Shown here: positions 50,327 through 64,000 of the stretch, piece after piece
How positions within the stretch are numbered: the first letter of the stretch is position 1
How the letters are laid out: every line of letters starts with the position of its first letter
NCBI GenBank assembly: GCA_051294375.1
Contig: CM119264.1
Location: 1,741,930 to 1,805,929, forward strand
Direction: 5' to 3'
From: Paraspadella gotoi
Lineage: Eukaryota; Animalia; Chaetognatha
DNA length: 64,000 nucleotides
Position numbers and translations under genes: made by a program
Notes under the pieces: model-generated
What the model was told of the DNA's origin: nothing
Seen by the model: only the letters and a program-made list of their open reading frames with translations
Databases searched by the model: none

Positions 50327-51594
50327 NNNNNNNNNNNNNNNNNNNNNNNNNNNNNNNNNNNNNNNNNNNNNNNNNNNNNNNNNNNNNNNNNNNNNNNNNN
50401 NNNNNNNNNNNNNNNNNNNNNNNNNNNNNNNNNNNNNNNNNNNNNNNNNNNNNNNNNNNNNNNNNNNNNNNNNNNNNNNNNNNNNNNNNNNNNNNNNNNN
50501 NNNNNNNNNNNNNNNNNNNNNNNNNNNNNNNNNNNNNNNNNNNNNNNNNNNNNNNNNNNNNNNNNNNNNNNNNNNNNNNNNNNNNNNNNNNNNNNNNNNN
50601 NNNNNNNNNNNNNNNNNNNNNNNNNNNNNNNNNNNNNNNNNNNNNNNNNNNNNNNNNNNNNNNNNNNNNNNNNNNNNNNNNNNNNNNNNNNNNNNNNNNN
50701 NNNNNNNNNNNNNNNNNNNNNNNNNNNNNNNNNNNNNNNNNNNNNNNNNNNNNNNNNNNNNNNNNNNNNNNNNNNNNNNNNNNNNCCCGGTTATAGCCTT
50801 TCGTCTTATCCTAAATTACTTTAGTTTTTAGCTATTGAAACCCAAGCCTTTTTATCTCCCTCCATGGCCTATTAAGTGTTAATTGTCTTTTAATATACCC
50901 CAACCCTTTCCTTTGGCCTCCTTCCTCTTGTCCTTCATACCCTCTCCCTTTAACTTCTTCGTCCATTTTCACTTTGGCCTCTTCATCCCATTCCCTCTTG
51001 GCCTGTTTATCCCCCTTCAACCATAGGCCATCTTCCTTCCTGAACCTCACCTGCTTAACTTTAAGACTCATCATACACTTCGCCCTTTCTGCTTCTCATT
51101 ATCACTGAACGAACGATCGATTGTCGCATTTAAGTCGTCGTCGTCGTCGTCGTCGTCGTCGTCTTAATCTTACGTCTGCGTCATCGCGTTTGTAGGAGTG
51201 TTTGTCTTTTTTCTTTTTAAAGTCGGAGGAAATATTAATTAAAAAAAAAAGAAATGTTAAAGCCCAAGAAATATTTTTAAAAATTGTTAAAAATGATGAA
51301 AATCTTTGTTAAAAATTCCAAAAATTATAATAAGAAAAAAATGAAAAAATAAAGACCATAAAATATTTTTAAAAATTTAAATGATAAAAATTTTTTTATA
51401 AAAAAAAATCAATAAAAGAAAAGAAAAAATAAGGAATAAAATATAAAAAAAGAAATAATAAAGTAAAGACCGAGAAATATTTTTAAAAATTAGGGGAAAA
51501 TAATAGAAAAAAAAATTGTCAAAAATCATGAAAAGAAAAAAAAATTAAAAAGTCAAAAACTCGTTTTCCGTTTTTTTTTCTTTGTCTTCCTTTG

Positions 51595-51634
<40 letters not shown>

Positions 51635-52189
51635 TTTTTCAGTGTTTCGTCTTCTGGTTTCAGTTTCTTTCTCCTCACTTAAACACGTTTTTCCTATCAG
51701 CCAATTCGTTTTTTTTTAACAACGTTTTAAGTTTTTTTGATGTTTATTTCATTCTCTCCATTCGTTTCTTTACAAAATGTTTTTTTTTAATATTTTTTTA
51801 TCTTCATTGCCTTTTGATCTTCAAGCGATCATCTGTTTCTTGACAAAAAAATTGAAAATATAAATTTTAATTTTTGTTACACTCTTAAAAATCCCCTCTG
51901 CCTCTTATCACACTCGAGACAGTATTTAAAGTTTAAATATAAGTTGTTAAATTATCTTTTCGTCCCATATCACGTAGACAAGACAACTGCGCTGTTCATG
52001 GGTCAATTGCTCCCTATCTGTGGCTTCATACTTGAATACTGCATCGTTCATTTTTCTCCTTTGACTTTAAATTTCAGTCTGACTAAAAATTAAGGGAAAT
52101 CTATTTTTAATATGAAAGATTTCAAGGTTCCTCTGCCTTCTGTATATCTCAAGTGATCGACTTTTAAGAGAGAGATAAGGAAAAAAGAA

Positions 52190-53160
52190 CAATAATGTAT
52201 CACTAAACTTTATACAACTCTTACTTCAAACTAAATCTTATCACAATGCCTTAACCAAATCGCTTCGGTAAGCTTAAATCCAAATCGTTAACCCAAAACG
52301 TCGACCTGACGAAATTCACACTCCTTAACCCAACACCCCTTAACCCAAAACCTTAACAAATCCTTAACAACAATCTTAACAATCCTACCAAACTCCTTAA
52401 CAAAATCCTTACAAAATCCTTAACCTCACAACTCCTTAACCCAAATCCTTAACCAAAATTCGTAACATCAAACCTTAAGCGACAAGGTCTAAATTTAAAA
52501 CTAAATTAATTCTCACTTCTCGACCTTGAAATCTGGGGTCGCGTTCTGCAAACACTCCTCGAGCCCAACCTTTCTTCATTCTGACCCTACAGTAACAATG
52601 TTTATCTACATACATCCTATGCAGAACCCCCAACATTTTTACAGCGCCAGTCGCCCATTCTTCACACTTACACCTCAATAATCAGAGAACTCCCAACACT
52701 AATTATACTTTCGCAATTACTTTCTTTACCGAAACATTAATATTTTTACTTCGATTTGTACTACACTCCTCTATCGTCTCCTTCATCTCCTCTCTTCTCT
52801 CTCCCTTCTCTGTCTCTCCTCTCTCCTGATCTTCTGGGCTCTTCTCTTCGCGTCGTGGGAATCAGCCAGATCAAAAGACCGCAGCAGAGGAGAGAGAGAG
52901 AGAGAGANNNNNNNNNNNNNNNNNNNNNNNNNNNNNNNNNNNNNNNNNNNNNNNNNNNNNNNNNNNNNNNNNNNNNNNNNNNNNNNNNNNNNNNNNNNNN
53001 NNNNNNNNNNNNNNNNNNNNNNNNNNNNNNNNNNNNNNNNNNNNNAGAGAGAGAGAGAGAGAGAGAGACTTCAGGGTTTTTCCCAATTTTTTGGGAGATG
53101 AGAGGAGAAAGAAGAAAAAACTCAAGAGAAAAGTATATATTATTATTATTAAAAAACTAA
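52190..53160 (+). repeat. Direct duplicate of 63235-64000 (includes a 12-bp aatccttaacca array and CT/GA microsatellites)
   Basis: Colinear match, e.g. 'cttcaaactaaatcttatca', 'gtctaaatttaaaa', 'gacttcagggtttttccca'. Confidence 0.85.
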
Positions 53161-53362
53161 AGAGAAAAGTATATATTATTATTATTAAAAAACTAAAGAG
53201 AAAAGTATATATTATTATTATTAAAAAACTAAAGAGAAAAGTATATATTATTATTATTAAAAAACTAAAGAGAAAAGTATATATTATTATTATTAAAAAA
53301 CTAAAGAGAAAAGTACATATTATTATTATTAAAAAACTAAAGAGAAAAGTATAAATTATTAT
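53115..53362. repeat. 36-bp minisatellite (aaaaaactaaagagaaaagtatatattattattatt), about 7 copies
   Basis: Near-perfect tandem units. Confidence 0.9.
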
Positions 53363-53430
53363 TCCCCGTCATTTTTTTTCCTTTGGATGAGAAAGTGGAT
53401 CGATTTCATCGAGAGAGGAAACGCAGGATT

Positions 53431-53497
53431 TCCGTGGCGATCTCGGTTAAGTCGTCTCATTTGACAGTCGATAGTCTCAGGTTCGAGTCTTGACGGG
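53431..53497 (+). mobile_element. tRNA-derived SINE head or tRNA pseudogene
   Basis: A-box-like tggcgatctcgg, T-arm tcagg-ttcgagt-cttga, tccg/cggg ends. No clean anticodon arm. Confidence 0.5.
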
Positions 53498-53859
53498 TTT
53501 TTGCAAAGTTAGTCATACTATCGGGGTTTTCATTTTTACCTTGGCCGAGATGAAGGGACAATTTTATATTCGTTAAAGGATAATCAACTCTCCCAGACTT
53601 GATGAACATTTATGGAAATTATCAAAGTGAAAATGCCATCTCAGTTCTATCTTGCATCAGTGCCACGGTCCATCCCGGAGAATTTCCGATTTCTTACGGG
53701 ACAAACAGCGTCTTTTGGTTTTCGAACGACGACGAACCAAGACGGGTTACTGCTCTTTTGGCAGGATCGACCAGCAGAGTGGGATATAAGAATAGAGCTC
53801 AAAGACCGTATTTTTAAAAGCAGCGAATTTTTTCCTGGCATGATGATTGCAATATTTTG

Positions 53860-56800
53860 TTTTACAGCAGGATTAATTTTCGTGGCGGAAAAAAAAATGA
53901 TTTATATTTTTCGTGGCAGGAATGAGTTTTTGCGGGCAGGAACAGTCATTTTTTGAAGCAAAGCTGGAATCTTATTAGCAGATTTTTTTTCTCAAAGCAG
54001 GAATATTTCTCTGTCTATTAATAATTAAAGGGATTTTTTTTGTGGCAGGAATTTTTTTATGCTGGCAGGAACAGTCATTTTTTGAACAAAGCTTAGAAAT
54101 CTATTAACAGATTTTTTTCTCACAGCAGGATTAATTTCTGTTGGCAGGACTATTTTACTAAAATATTAAAAAGGGATTTTTTTCGCAGGAATTTTTTTTG
54201 CTGGCAGGAACAGTCTTTTTAACAAAATCTAGAAATCTTATTGCAGGATTTTCACACGCAGGATTAATTTCTGTGGCAGGATTATTTTAACTAAAGAATG
54301 AAAGGGGATTTTTCATGGCAGGAATGATGTTTTTGCTGGCAGGAACAGTCATTTTTCAAGAAAATCGTAGGAAATCCCTTTGGCAGGATTTTTTCTTCAG
54401 CAGGAATAATTTTGTTGGCAGGACTATTTACTAAAATATTAAATGGATTTTCCTGGCAGGATGATTTTTTGCTGGCAGGAACGTCATTTTCAACAAATCT
54501 TAGAATCTTTTTGGCAGGATTTTTTTCTCGTGCAGGAATAATTTCTGTTGGCAGGATATTTCTAAAAATATTAAAGGGGATTTTCATAGCAGGAATGGAC
54601 TTTTTGCTGGCAGGAACAGTCATTTTTCACAAAAATCAAGAAATCTTATAAGCAGGATTTTTTTTACTCTATATTTTGTTGGCAGGATATTTACTAAAAA
54701 TAATAAAGGGATTTTTCATGGCAGGATGACTTTTGCTGGCAGAGAACATGTAATTTTTTAACAAAAGCTTAGAATCTTTTTACGCAGGATTTTTTTCTCA
54801 CGCATGATTATTTCTGTTTGCAGGACTATTTTATTAAAAAATAATAAGATTCATCAAATGATTTTTGCTGGCAGGAACAAGTCATTTTTGCAACAAAATT
54901 TAGGAAATCTTTTTGGCAAGATTTTTTCTCACAGGCGGAATAATTTCTGTTGAGGACTATTTACTAAAAATATAAAGGGATTTTTCATGGCAGAGAATGA
55001 CTTTTTGCTGGCAGGAACAGTCATTTTTTCAACAAAATCTTAGGAAATTCTGATTAGGCAGGATTTTTTTTGACAGCAGGAATAATTTCGGTGGCAGGAC
55101 TATTTACTAAAAATATTAAAGGATTTTTCCATGGCAGGGAATGACTTTTTGCTGGAGAACAGTCATTTTTGAAACAAAATCTTAGGAAATCTTTTTGGCA
55201 GGATTTTCTCACAGCCTGATTATTTCTGTTGGCAGGACTCTTTTTCTAAAAATGTAAAGTGACTTCATGCAGATCTTTTTTCTGGGTTAGAACAGTCATT
55301 TTTCGAACAAAATCTTAGGTAATCTTTTGGCCAGGATTTTTTCTCACAGCAGGATTATTTCTGTGAGGATTATTTTACTAAAACTAAAGGGGATTTTTCA
55401 TGGCAGGAATGATTTTTGCTGGCAGGAACCAGTCATTTTCAAACAAAATCTTAGCAATCTTTTGGCAGGATTTTTTCTTACAGCAGGAATAATTTCTGTT
55501 GGCAGGACTATTTACTAAAATATTAAAGGGATTTTTCATGGCAGGAAGATTTTTTTGCTGGCAGGAACAGTCATTTTTCAAACAAATCTTGGAATCTTTT
55601 GGCAGGATTTTTTCTTACAGCAGGAATTAATTTATGTTGGCAGGACTATTTATATTTAATTTTTCATGGCAGGATGGATTTTTTGATGGCAGGAACAGTC
55701 ATTTTCAAACAAAATCGAAGGAAATCTTTTTGGCAGATTTTTTCTCACACAGGAATATTTCTGTTGGCAGACTATTTTACTAAAAACATTAAAGGGGATT
55801 TTCATGGCAGGAATGACTTTTTGCTGGCCAGGAACAGTAATTTTTTCAAACTAAATCGAAGGAAAATCTTTTTGGCAGGATTTTTTCTCACAGAGGAATA
55901 ATTCCTGTTGGCAGGACTATTTACTAAAATATTAAAGGGGGATTTTTCATGGCAGGAATGATTTCTTGCTGGCAGAACAGTGAATTTTTGAACAAAAGCT
56001 TAGATTATTATTTTTCTCACAGCAGGATTAATTTCTGTTGCAGGACTATTTTACTAAAATATAAAGGGGATTTTTTTGGCAGGAATTCTTTGCTCGGCCA
56101 GGAACAGCTCATTTTTGAAACAAATTCTAAGGAAATTTTATTAGCAGGATTTTTTCTCACAGCAGGATAATTCTGTTGGCAGATTATTTTACTAAAAGCA
56201 TGAAGGGGATTTTTCATGGTCAGGAAATGATTTTTGCTGCAGGAACAGTCCATTTTTCAAAGAAAATCGTAGGAAATTCTTTGGCAGGATTTTTTTTTAC
56301 AGCAGAATAATTTTCTGTTTGGCAGGACTATTTACTAAAAATACTTAATGGGATTTTTCATGCAGGAATGATTTTTTTGCTGCAGGACCGTATTTTTCCA
56401 ACAAAATCTTAGGAATCTTTTGGCATGGGATTTTTTTCATTAGCAGGAATAATCTCTGTTGGCAGGACTACTTCTAAAATATTAAAGGGGATTTTTCAAG
56501 CAGAATGATTTTTGCTGGCAGAACAGTCAATTTTCAAAAATCAGGAATCTTAATAATTTTTTTCTATACAGAGAATAATTCTTTCTGTGCAGGACTATTT
56601 TACTAAAAATAATAAAGGGGATTTTTCATGCAGGAATGACTTTTTGCTGGCAGAAAGTGATTTTAATAAGCTTAGAAAATCTTTTTAGCAGGATTTTTTT
56701 CTCACAGCATTTTCTATAAAAATAAATAAAAGGGGTTTTCATGGCAGGAATGATTTTTGCGCAGAACAGTCATTTTTTTCAAACAAATCTTAGGAAATCT

Positions 56801-59800
56801 TTTGCAGATTTTTTTCTACAGCAGGAATAATTCTGTTGCAGGACTATTTACTAAAAATAATAAAGGGGATTTTTCTGGCGGATTTGGTGTCAGAACAGTC
56901 ATTTTCAAACAAAATCTTAGGAAATCTCACTTAGCAGGATTTTTTTTCTGACAGCAGGAATAATTGGTTGGCGGACTATTTTACTAAAATAAATTAAAGG
57001 GATTTTTCATGGCAGGAAACTATTTTGCTGGCAGGAACAGTCATTTTGAAAAAAATCTAGGAATCTTTTTGGCAGATTTTTTTCTCACAGCATGATTAAT
57101 TTCTGTGGCAGGACTATTTTTTAAAATATTAAAGGGGTTTTCATGGCAGGAATGAGTTTTGCCTGGCAGGAACAGTCATTTTTTCAACAAAATCTTAGGA
57201 AATCTTTTTGGCAGGATTTTTTCTCACAGCAGGAATAATTTCTGTTCAGGATATTTTACTAAAATATTAAAGGAGATTTTTCCATGGCAGGAATGTCTTT
57301 TTGCTGAGGAACAGTCATTTTTCAAACAAAATCTTAGATCTTTTGCAGGTTTTTCTTCTATCAGCAGGATCAATTTATGTGGCAGGACTATTTACTAAAA
57401 ATATTAAAGGGGATTTTTCATGCAGGAATGATTTTTTTGATGGCAGGAACAGTCATTTTCAAACAAAATCGAAGCAATCTTTTTGGGCAGGATTTTTTTC
57501 TACAGCAGGAATAATTTCTGTGGCAGGAATATTTACTAAAATATTAAGGGGATTTTTCATGCAGGAATGACTTTTTGTGCATTTTTTTAAGTAAATCGAT
57601 TTTTGGCAGGATTTTTTCTCACAGCAGGATAATTCCTGTTGGCGACTATTTACTAAAATATTAAAGGGATTTTCATGGAGGATGATTTCTTGCTGGCAGG
57701 ACATGAATTTTTTGAAAAGTTAGGAATCTTATTAGCCAGATTTTTTTTCTCACAGCAGGATTAATTTCTGTTGGCAGGACTATTTTACTAAAATATTAAG
57801 GGGATTTTTTTTGCAGAATTTTTTGCTGGCAGGACAGTCATTTTTGAAACAAAATCTAAGAAATCTTAGTTACAGGATTTTTCTCACAGCAGGATTATTT
57901 CTGTTGCAGGTTATTTTACAAAAGAATGAAAGGGGATTTTTCATGCATGGCTACAGGAACATCATTTTCAAAATGAAATCGTAGGAAATATCTTGGCAGG
58001 ATTTTTTTTTAAAAATTTCTGTTGGCAGGAGTATTTTACTAAAAATATTAAATGGGATTTTTCATGGCCAGAATGATTTTTTGCTGCAGAACAGTCATTT
58101 TTCAAACAAAATCTTAGGAAATCTTTTTGGCAGGATTTTTTCTCGTGCAGGAATAATTTCTGTTGGCGGGACTATTTAACTAAAAAATAAAGGGGATTTT
58201 CAAAACAGGAATGACTTTTTGGCTGGTGAGTCATTTTCAAACAAAATCCAAGGAATCTATAAGCAGGATTTTTTACAGCAGGAATAATTTCTGTTGGCAG
58301 GACTATTTTACTAAAATAATAAAGGGGATTTTTCATGGCGGATGACTTTTGCTGGCAGGAAAGTAATTTTTTAACAAAAGCTTAGAAAATCTTTTTAGCA
58401 GGATTTTTTCTCACAGCATATTAAATTTTGTTGCGGGATATTTTATTAAAAATATAAAGGGGATTTTCATGGCAGGAAATGATTTTTTGCTGCAGGAAAA
58501 GTCATTTTTTCAAACAAAATCTTAGAAATCTTGGCAAGATTTTTTTCTCACAGCGAATAATTTCTGTGGCAGGACTATTTACTAAAATATAAGGGGATTT
58601 TTCATGGCAGGATGACTTTTGCTGGCAGGAACAGTCATTTTCAAACAAACATCTTAAAACAAAATCTCAATTAGGCAGCGCCACTTCCTTTTCTCGACAG
58701 CAGGAATACATTCGTTGGCAGGCCACTATTTTACTAAAAATTATTAAGGGTGATTTTCTCCACTCGGCAGGAATGACTCTTTTTGCTGCGCAGTAACAGT
58801 ACTTTTGAAACAAATTTTAGGAACTGTTTTTGGCGCAGGATTTCTCTTCTCACAGACTCGATTAACTTTCTGTTGGGCCAGCCACTATTTACTAAAATGT
58901 TAAGGGGACTTTTTTTCATGGCAGCAATGCTTTTTCTGCTGGCAGGAACAGTCATTTTTCGAACAAAATCTTAGTAATCCTTTTTGGCAGGCATCTTTTC
59001 TCTTCTACCAGCAGCGATTAACTTCTCTGTTGCCGCACCGCCGCATTACTTTACTAAAGAACTCAAGGGGATTTTTCATCGGCAGGATGATTTTTTGCCT
59101 GGCACGGCAACCAGTCATTTTCAAACAAAATCTTACGAATCCTTTTGGCAAGGACTTTTTTCTTCACCAGCAGGCAATAATTTTCTGTTGGCAGGACTAC
59201 TTTTACTAAAAACTATTAAAGGGGAATTTTCATGGCAGGAAATGATTTTTGCTGCAGGAACAGTCATTTTTTCAACACAACCACTCTTCACGCACTCTCT
59301 CTCTCGCGCGATTTTTTTCTTACAGCAGGAATATCTCTGTTTGGCAGGACTATTTTACCTAAAAAATTAAAGGCGGATTTTTCATGGCAGGAATGGATTT
59401 TTTTGATGGCAGCAAACAGTCATTTTTCAAAACAAAACTCGAAGGAAACTTTTTGGCAGGATTTTTTCTCACACCGCACCAGTAAGTCTTCTCGATTTGG
59501 CAGGCACTATTTTACTAAAAATATTAAAGGGGCATTCTTTTCAACTGCAGAATGCTTTCTGCCTCGGCAGGCACTAATTTTTCAACTAAATCGAAGGAAT
59601 CTTTTTGGCAGGATTTTTTTCTCAAGCAGGATAATTTTCTGTTGGCAGGATTACCTTTACTAAAAATATTAAAGGGATTTTTCATCGGCAGGAATGAATT
59701 TCTTGCTGGCAGGAAAAGTGAATTTTTCTTGACACAAAGCTTAGGTAAATCTTATTAGCCACCGATTTTTTCTCGACAGAGATTATTTTTCTGTTGGCAG

Positions 59801-62772
59801 GACTAACTTTTACTAAACCACATATTAAAGGGGCAATTTTTTGGGCAGGAATTTTTTGCTAGGCAGGCATCAGTCAATTTTTGAAACAAAATCCTACAGC
59901 GAAATCTATTCACGCAGCGATGTTTCTTCTCACGCCAGATTAATTCTGTTGGCATGAATTATTTTTAAATCAAAAGATATGAAGGGGTTTTTTCACATGG
60001 CAGGAATGATTTTTTGCTGGGCAGGAACGTCCTTTTTCAAAGATCGAGGAAATATCTTTCGGCCGCGATTCCTCCTTCTTCTTACAAGGGCAGGATAATT
60101 TCTGGTTGGCAGGACCTATTTCTCACTCAAATATCTCTCAAAGGGGATTTTTCAATGGCAGGAATGATTTTTTGCTGGCAGAAACAAGTCATTTCTTCAC
60201 AAATCTTCAGGAAATCTTTTTGGCAGATTTTTTCTCGTGGCCAGGAATCGAAATTTTCTGTTGGCAGGACCTACTCTTCTAAAAATATGTAAAGGGATTT
60301 TCTCCACTAGCACGGAAGACTTTTGCTGGCAGGCAACACTCAATCTTCAACAAAATCCAAGGAAATCTTATTACGCAGGATTTTCTTTCTTACAGGCAGG
60401 AATCATTTCTGTTTGCAGCGACCCTATCCCTTCCTAACAACATATACACGCGGGATTTTTCATGGCAGGAATGACTTTTGCTGGCAAACAGCTGAATTTT
60501 TTAACAACACGCTTAGGGAATCGTTTTTAGCAGGATCTTTTTCTCACAGAGATTAATCTCTTCTGTTGGCCAGGAATAATTTTATTTTAAACAAAATTAA
60601 GGATTTTTCATGGCAGGAATCGATTTTTTGCTGCAGGAAACAGTCATTTTCACACAAATCTTACAGGCCACAATCCTTTTTGGAAGATTCTCCTCCTCTC
60701 TCACAGCCAGGAATAATCCCTTCTTGGCAGGACTATTTACTAAAATTTAAGGGGCATTTTTCAAGCAGGAATGACTTTTTGCTGGCAGAAACAGTCAATT
60801 TTTAAACAAACTCAAAAATCTTCTTAGCGGATTTTCTTTCTTACAGCAGGAATAATTTCTGTGCAGGACTATTTATAAAATATTAAAGGGATTTTCATGG
60901 CAGGAATGTCTTTTGCTGGCAGGAACAGTGAATTTTTTAACAAAAGCTTAGAAATCTTTTGGCAGGACTTTTTTCTACAGCATCATATTTTGTTGAGGAC
61001 TATTTTATTAAAATATAAAGGGGATTTTTCATCGGCAGGAATGATTTTTTGCTGGCAGGAAAAGTCATTTCTTCAAACAACAATCTTAGGAAATTTTTTG
61101 CAGATTTTTTTCTCACAGCAGGAATACATTTCTGTTGGCAGGACTATTTTAACTAAAAATATTAAAGGAGATTTCATGGCAGGAATGTCTTTTTGCTGGC
61201 AGGAAACGTCCATTTTTCAACAAAATCTAAGAAATTCCATTGCAGGATTTTTTTCCTGACAGCCGAATAATTCGGTTGGCAGGACTATTATCTAAAAATG
61301 TTAAAAGGGGATTTTTCATGGCAGGAATGCTTTTTTGCTGGCGGGAAACAGTCATTTCGAAAAAATCTTAGGTAATCCTTTGGCAGGATTTTTTTCTCAC
61401 AGCGAGGAATTAATTCTGTTGGCCAGGATTCATTTTACTAAAGAATAAAGGGGGATTTTCACTGGGAAAGGACATGATTTTGCTGGCAGGAACAGTCCTT
61501 TTTCAAAACACACATTGGAAATCTTTTCTGGCCGGATTTTTCTCCTCACAGCAGCGAATAACTTCTGGCAGGACTATTTTATCCTAAAAATATTAAAGGG
61601 GATTTTCATGCAGGAATAATTTTTGAATGGCAGGAACCAGTCATTTTGCAAAAAAATCGAAGGAAACTCTTTTTGGCCAGATTTTTCTCACAGCACAGAA
61701 TATTTCTGTTGGCAGGCCTATTTACTAAAAATAATAGAGGGGATTTTTCATGGCAGGAAAGATTTTCTTGCTGGCAGGAACAGCTGAAATTTTGAACAAA
61801 AGCTTAGGAAATCTTATTAGCCGATTTTTTTTCTCAAGCAGGATTAATTTCTGTTGGCAGGCATTACCTAAAAAATATTAAAGGGGATTTTTTTTGGCAG
61901 GAATCTTTTTGCTGGCAGGAACAGTCATTTGAACAAAATCTAGAGGAAATCTTATCAGCGTTTTTTCTCACAGAAGCGATAATTTCTGTTGGCAGGATAT
62001 TTACTAAAAGATGAAAGGGGATTTTTCATGGCCAGGAACTGACTTTTTGCTGCGCAGGCCAGTCATCTTTTCAAGAAAATCGTAGGAAATCTCTTTGGCA
62101 GGATCTTTTTTGCTTACACGCAGGACATAATTTTCTGTTGGCAGGACTTAGTTTTACCTAAACAAATATTCAAGGGGATTTTCCATGGCAGCAATGTTTT
62201 TTGCTGGCAGGCAACAGTCATTTTTCAAAACAAATCTAGGAAATCTTTTTGCAGGATTTTTTTCTCGTAGCATGGAATAATTTCTGTTGGCCAGGCACTC
62301 TTCTCTACTAAAAATTAAAGCGGGATCTTTCTCATGGCAGGCAATGACTTTTTGCTGTCAGGACAGTCATCCTTTTCAAAACAAAATCTCAGGGAAAATC
62401 TATTAAGCAGGATTTTTTTCTTTACAGGCCAGGAAATTATTTCTGTTGGCACGCCTGATTTTACTACAAAAGTATTAAAGCGGGATTTTTTCATGGCACG
62501 AATGACTTTTTTCGCTGGCAGCAACACGTGAATTTTTTTCTAACAAAGAGCTTAGGAAAACTCTTTTTAGCAGGACTTTTTTTCACCAGCCATGATACAT
62601 TTCTGGTTGGAGGACTATTTATTAAAATATTAAAGGCGGATTTTTCATGGCGGAATGATTTTTTGCTGGCAGGAACAGCATGTTTCAAACAAAATCTTAG
62701 GAAAGTCTTTTTGGCAACGATTTTTTTCTCACCAGCAGGAATACATCTTCCTGCTTTGGCAGGACTATTTTG
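53860..62772. repeat. Satellite DNA, ~140-bp monomer with five GCAGGA sub-repeats, roughly 60+ units, ~14-mer higher-order repeat
   Basis: Consensus ggcaggaatgatttttgctggcaggaacagtcatttttcaaacaaaatcttaggaaatctttttggcaggatttttttctcacagcaggaataatttctgttggcaggactatttactaaaaatattaaaggggatttttcat. Confidence 0.95.
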
Positions 62773-63344
62773 TAGATGGCGCAAATCAATGGCCGTTTTT
62801 TATGAACCGAAGTGGCGCTGGACGTGGCGTGACGCTCGTCGGCACTAAATGTTATTGAGAATGTCTTATAAAAACAATGAACCAAATTATTTGGGTTCTT
62901 GATTAAAATCACCTAATACAATACCATCAGAGGCATAATACATATCTCCATTTACTAATGTGTAATTGCAATACTCTCTCTATGAGAACAATAGTAAAGT
63001 AAAATGACTTAACTTAACATGCAGAAGCATATTATTACACGNNNNNNNNNNNNNNNNNNNNNNNNNAAAAGACGATGAAAAAATTCTTGTTTTTCCCTCT
63101 TTTTTTTATTGTTAATCTTTTTTTTCCCTTTTTTACAGATCATCGGCGAACGCGTAATCTTTTCCCAGTCGACTCCCAGAAATCGGCTCAGCCAATCAGA
63201 AGGCCCATCNNNNNNNNNNAGAAAGGAAAAAACATAATGTTCTAAATTTATAAACTTTACTTCAAACTAAATCTTATCAAATGCTTAACCAAATCGTTAC
63301 GTAGCTAAATCCCAAATCGTTAACCCAAATCTCAGACCTGGACG

Positions 63345-63490
63345 AAATCCTTAACCAAATCCTTAACCAAACCCTTAACCAAATCCTTAACAAAATCCTT
63401 AACAAAATCCTTAACCAAATCCTTAACCAAATCCTTAACAAAATCCTTAACCAAATCCTTAACCAAATCCTTAACAAAATTCCTAACATT
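63345..63490. repeat. 12-bp minisatellite (aaatccttaacc)
   Basis: About 11 tandem units. Confidence 0.85.
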
Positions 63491-63755
63491 AAACCTTAAG
63501 CGAAAGTCTAAATTTAAAAACTAAATTAATTCTCACTTTCGACTTGAAATGGGGTGCGTTTGAAAAATATGGCCAACTTTGTTCATTTGACCCTAAGTAC
63601 AAATGTTTATTACAACATCTTGCAGAACCCCCTACCTTTTTACAGTCGCCATTTTTCACACTTAACCTCAAATAAATCAGGCTCCCAAACTTTATCTTTC
63701 GCAATTTCTTTCTTTACCTAAAAACATTAATATTTTTATTCGATTTGTACTACAC

Positions 63756-63793
<38 letters not shown>

Positions 63794-63853
63794 TCTCTTT
63801 TGATCTTCTGGGGCCTCTTTCTTTCGCGTGTGGGAATCAGCAGATCAAAGACT

Positions 63854-63903
<50 letters not shown>

Positions 63904-64000
63904 CTTCAGGGTTTTTCCCATTTTTTGGGGAGATGAGAGGAGAAAGAAGAAAAAAACTACAGAGAAAAGTATATATTATTATTATTAAAAAATTAAAGAG

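Noticed and set aside
53091-53354. KKLKRKVYIIII repeat protein; also CRISPR-like appearance
   Set aside because: Pure 36-bp tandem repeat with no spacers, in a eukaryotic context with no cas genes.
54291-62912. Numerous short ORFs
   Set aside because: Chance frames in satellite DNA.
63129-63209. Exon-like segment IIGERVIFSQSTPRNRLSQSEGP after a CAG acceptor
   Set aside because: Short, cut by a gap, not assignable to flotillin or any other family.

Overview
AT-rich eukaryotic (invertebrate-like) genomic DNA from a draft assembly. It has many N gaps (several of exactly 25 N), (CT)n/(GA)n microsatellites and long stretches of indel-rich, apparently uncorrected long-read sequence. Genes read by manual exon reconstruction: (i) at least two tandem, divergent Cys-loop ligand-gated ion channel subunit genes on + (about 7.0-11.9 kb, and 15.8-31.3 kb, the second interrupted by a ~9 kb inverted copy that is probably a fold-back assembly artefact); (ii) two tandem XK-related (XKR scramblase-like) genes on -, each with a single coding exon of ~760 aa; (iii) exon 1 of a Cys-rich flotillin. 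Repeats include MITEs, an LTR with a tRNA-Lys PBS, and a ~9 kb satellite of ~140-bp monomers organised as a ~14-mer higher-order repeat. The most notable signal is a group of miniature LTR elements. The two complete ones have ~250-bp LTRs, a tRNA-Trp PBS, a PPT and 4-bp TSDs. Each LTR carries a tRNA-like Pol III promoter followed by a circularly permuted (P5-type) twister-ribozyme-like fold. Four sequence-divergent families show compensatory base changes and a 4-nt palindromic P1. This looks like a twister-based LTR 'retrozyme' system. All alignments and folds were done by eye and need computational and experimental confirmation.
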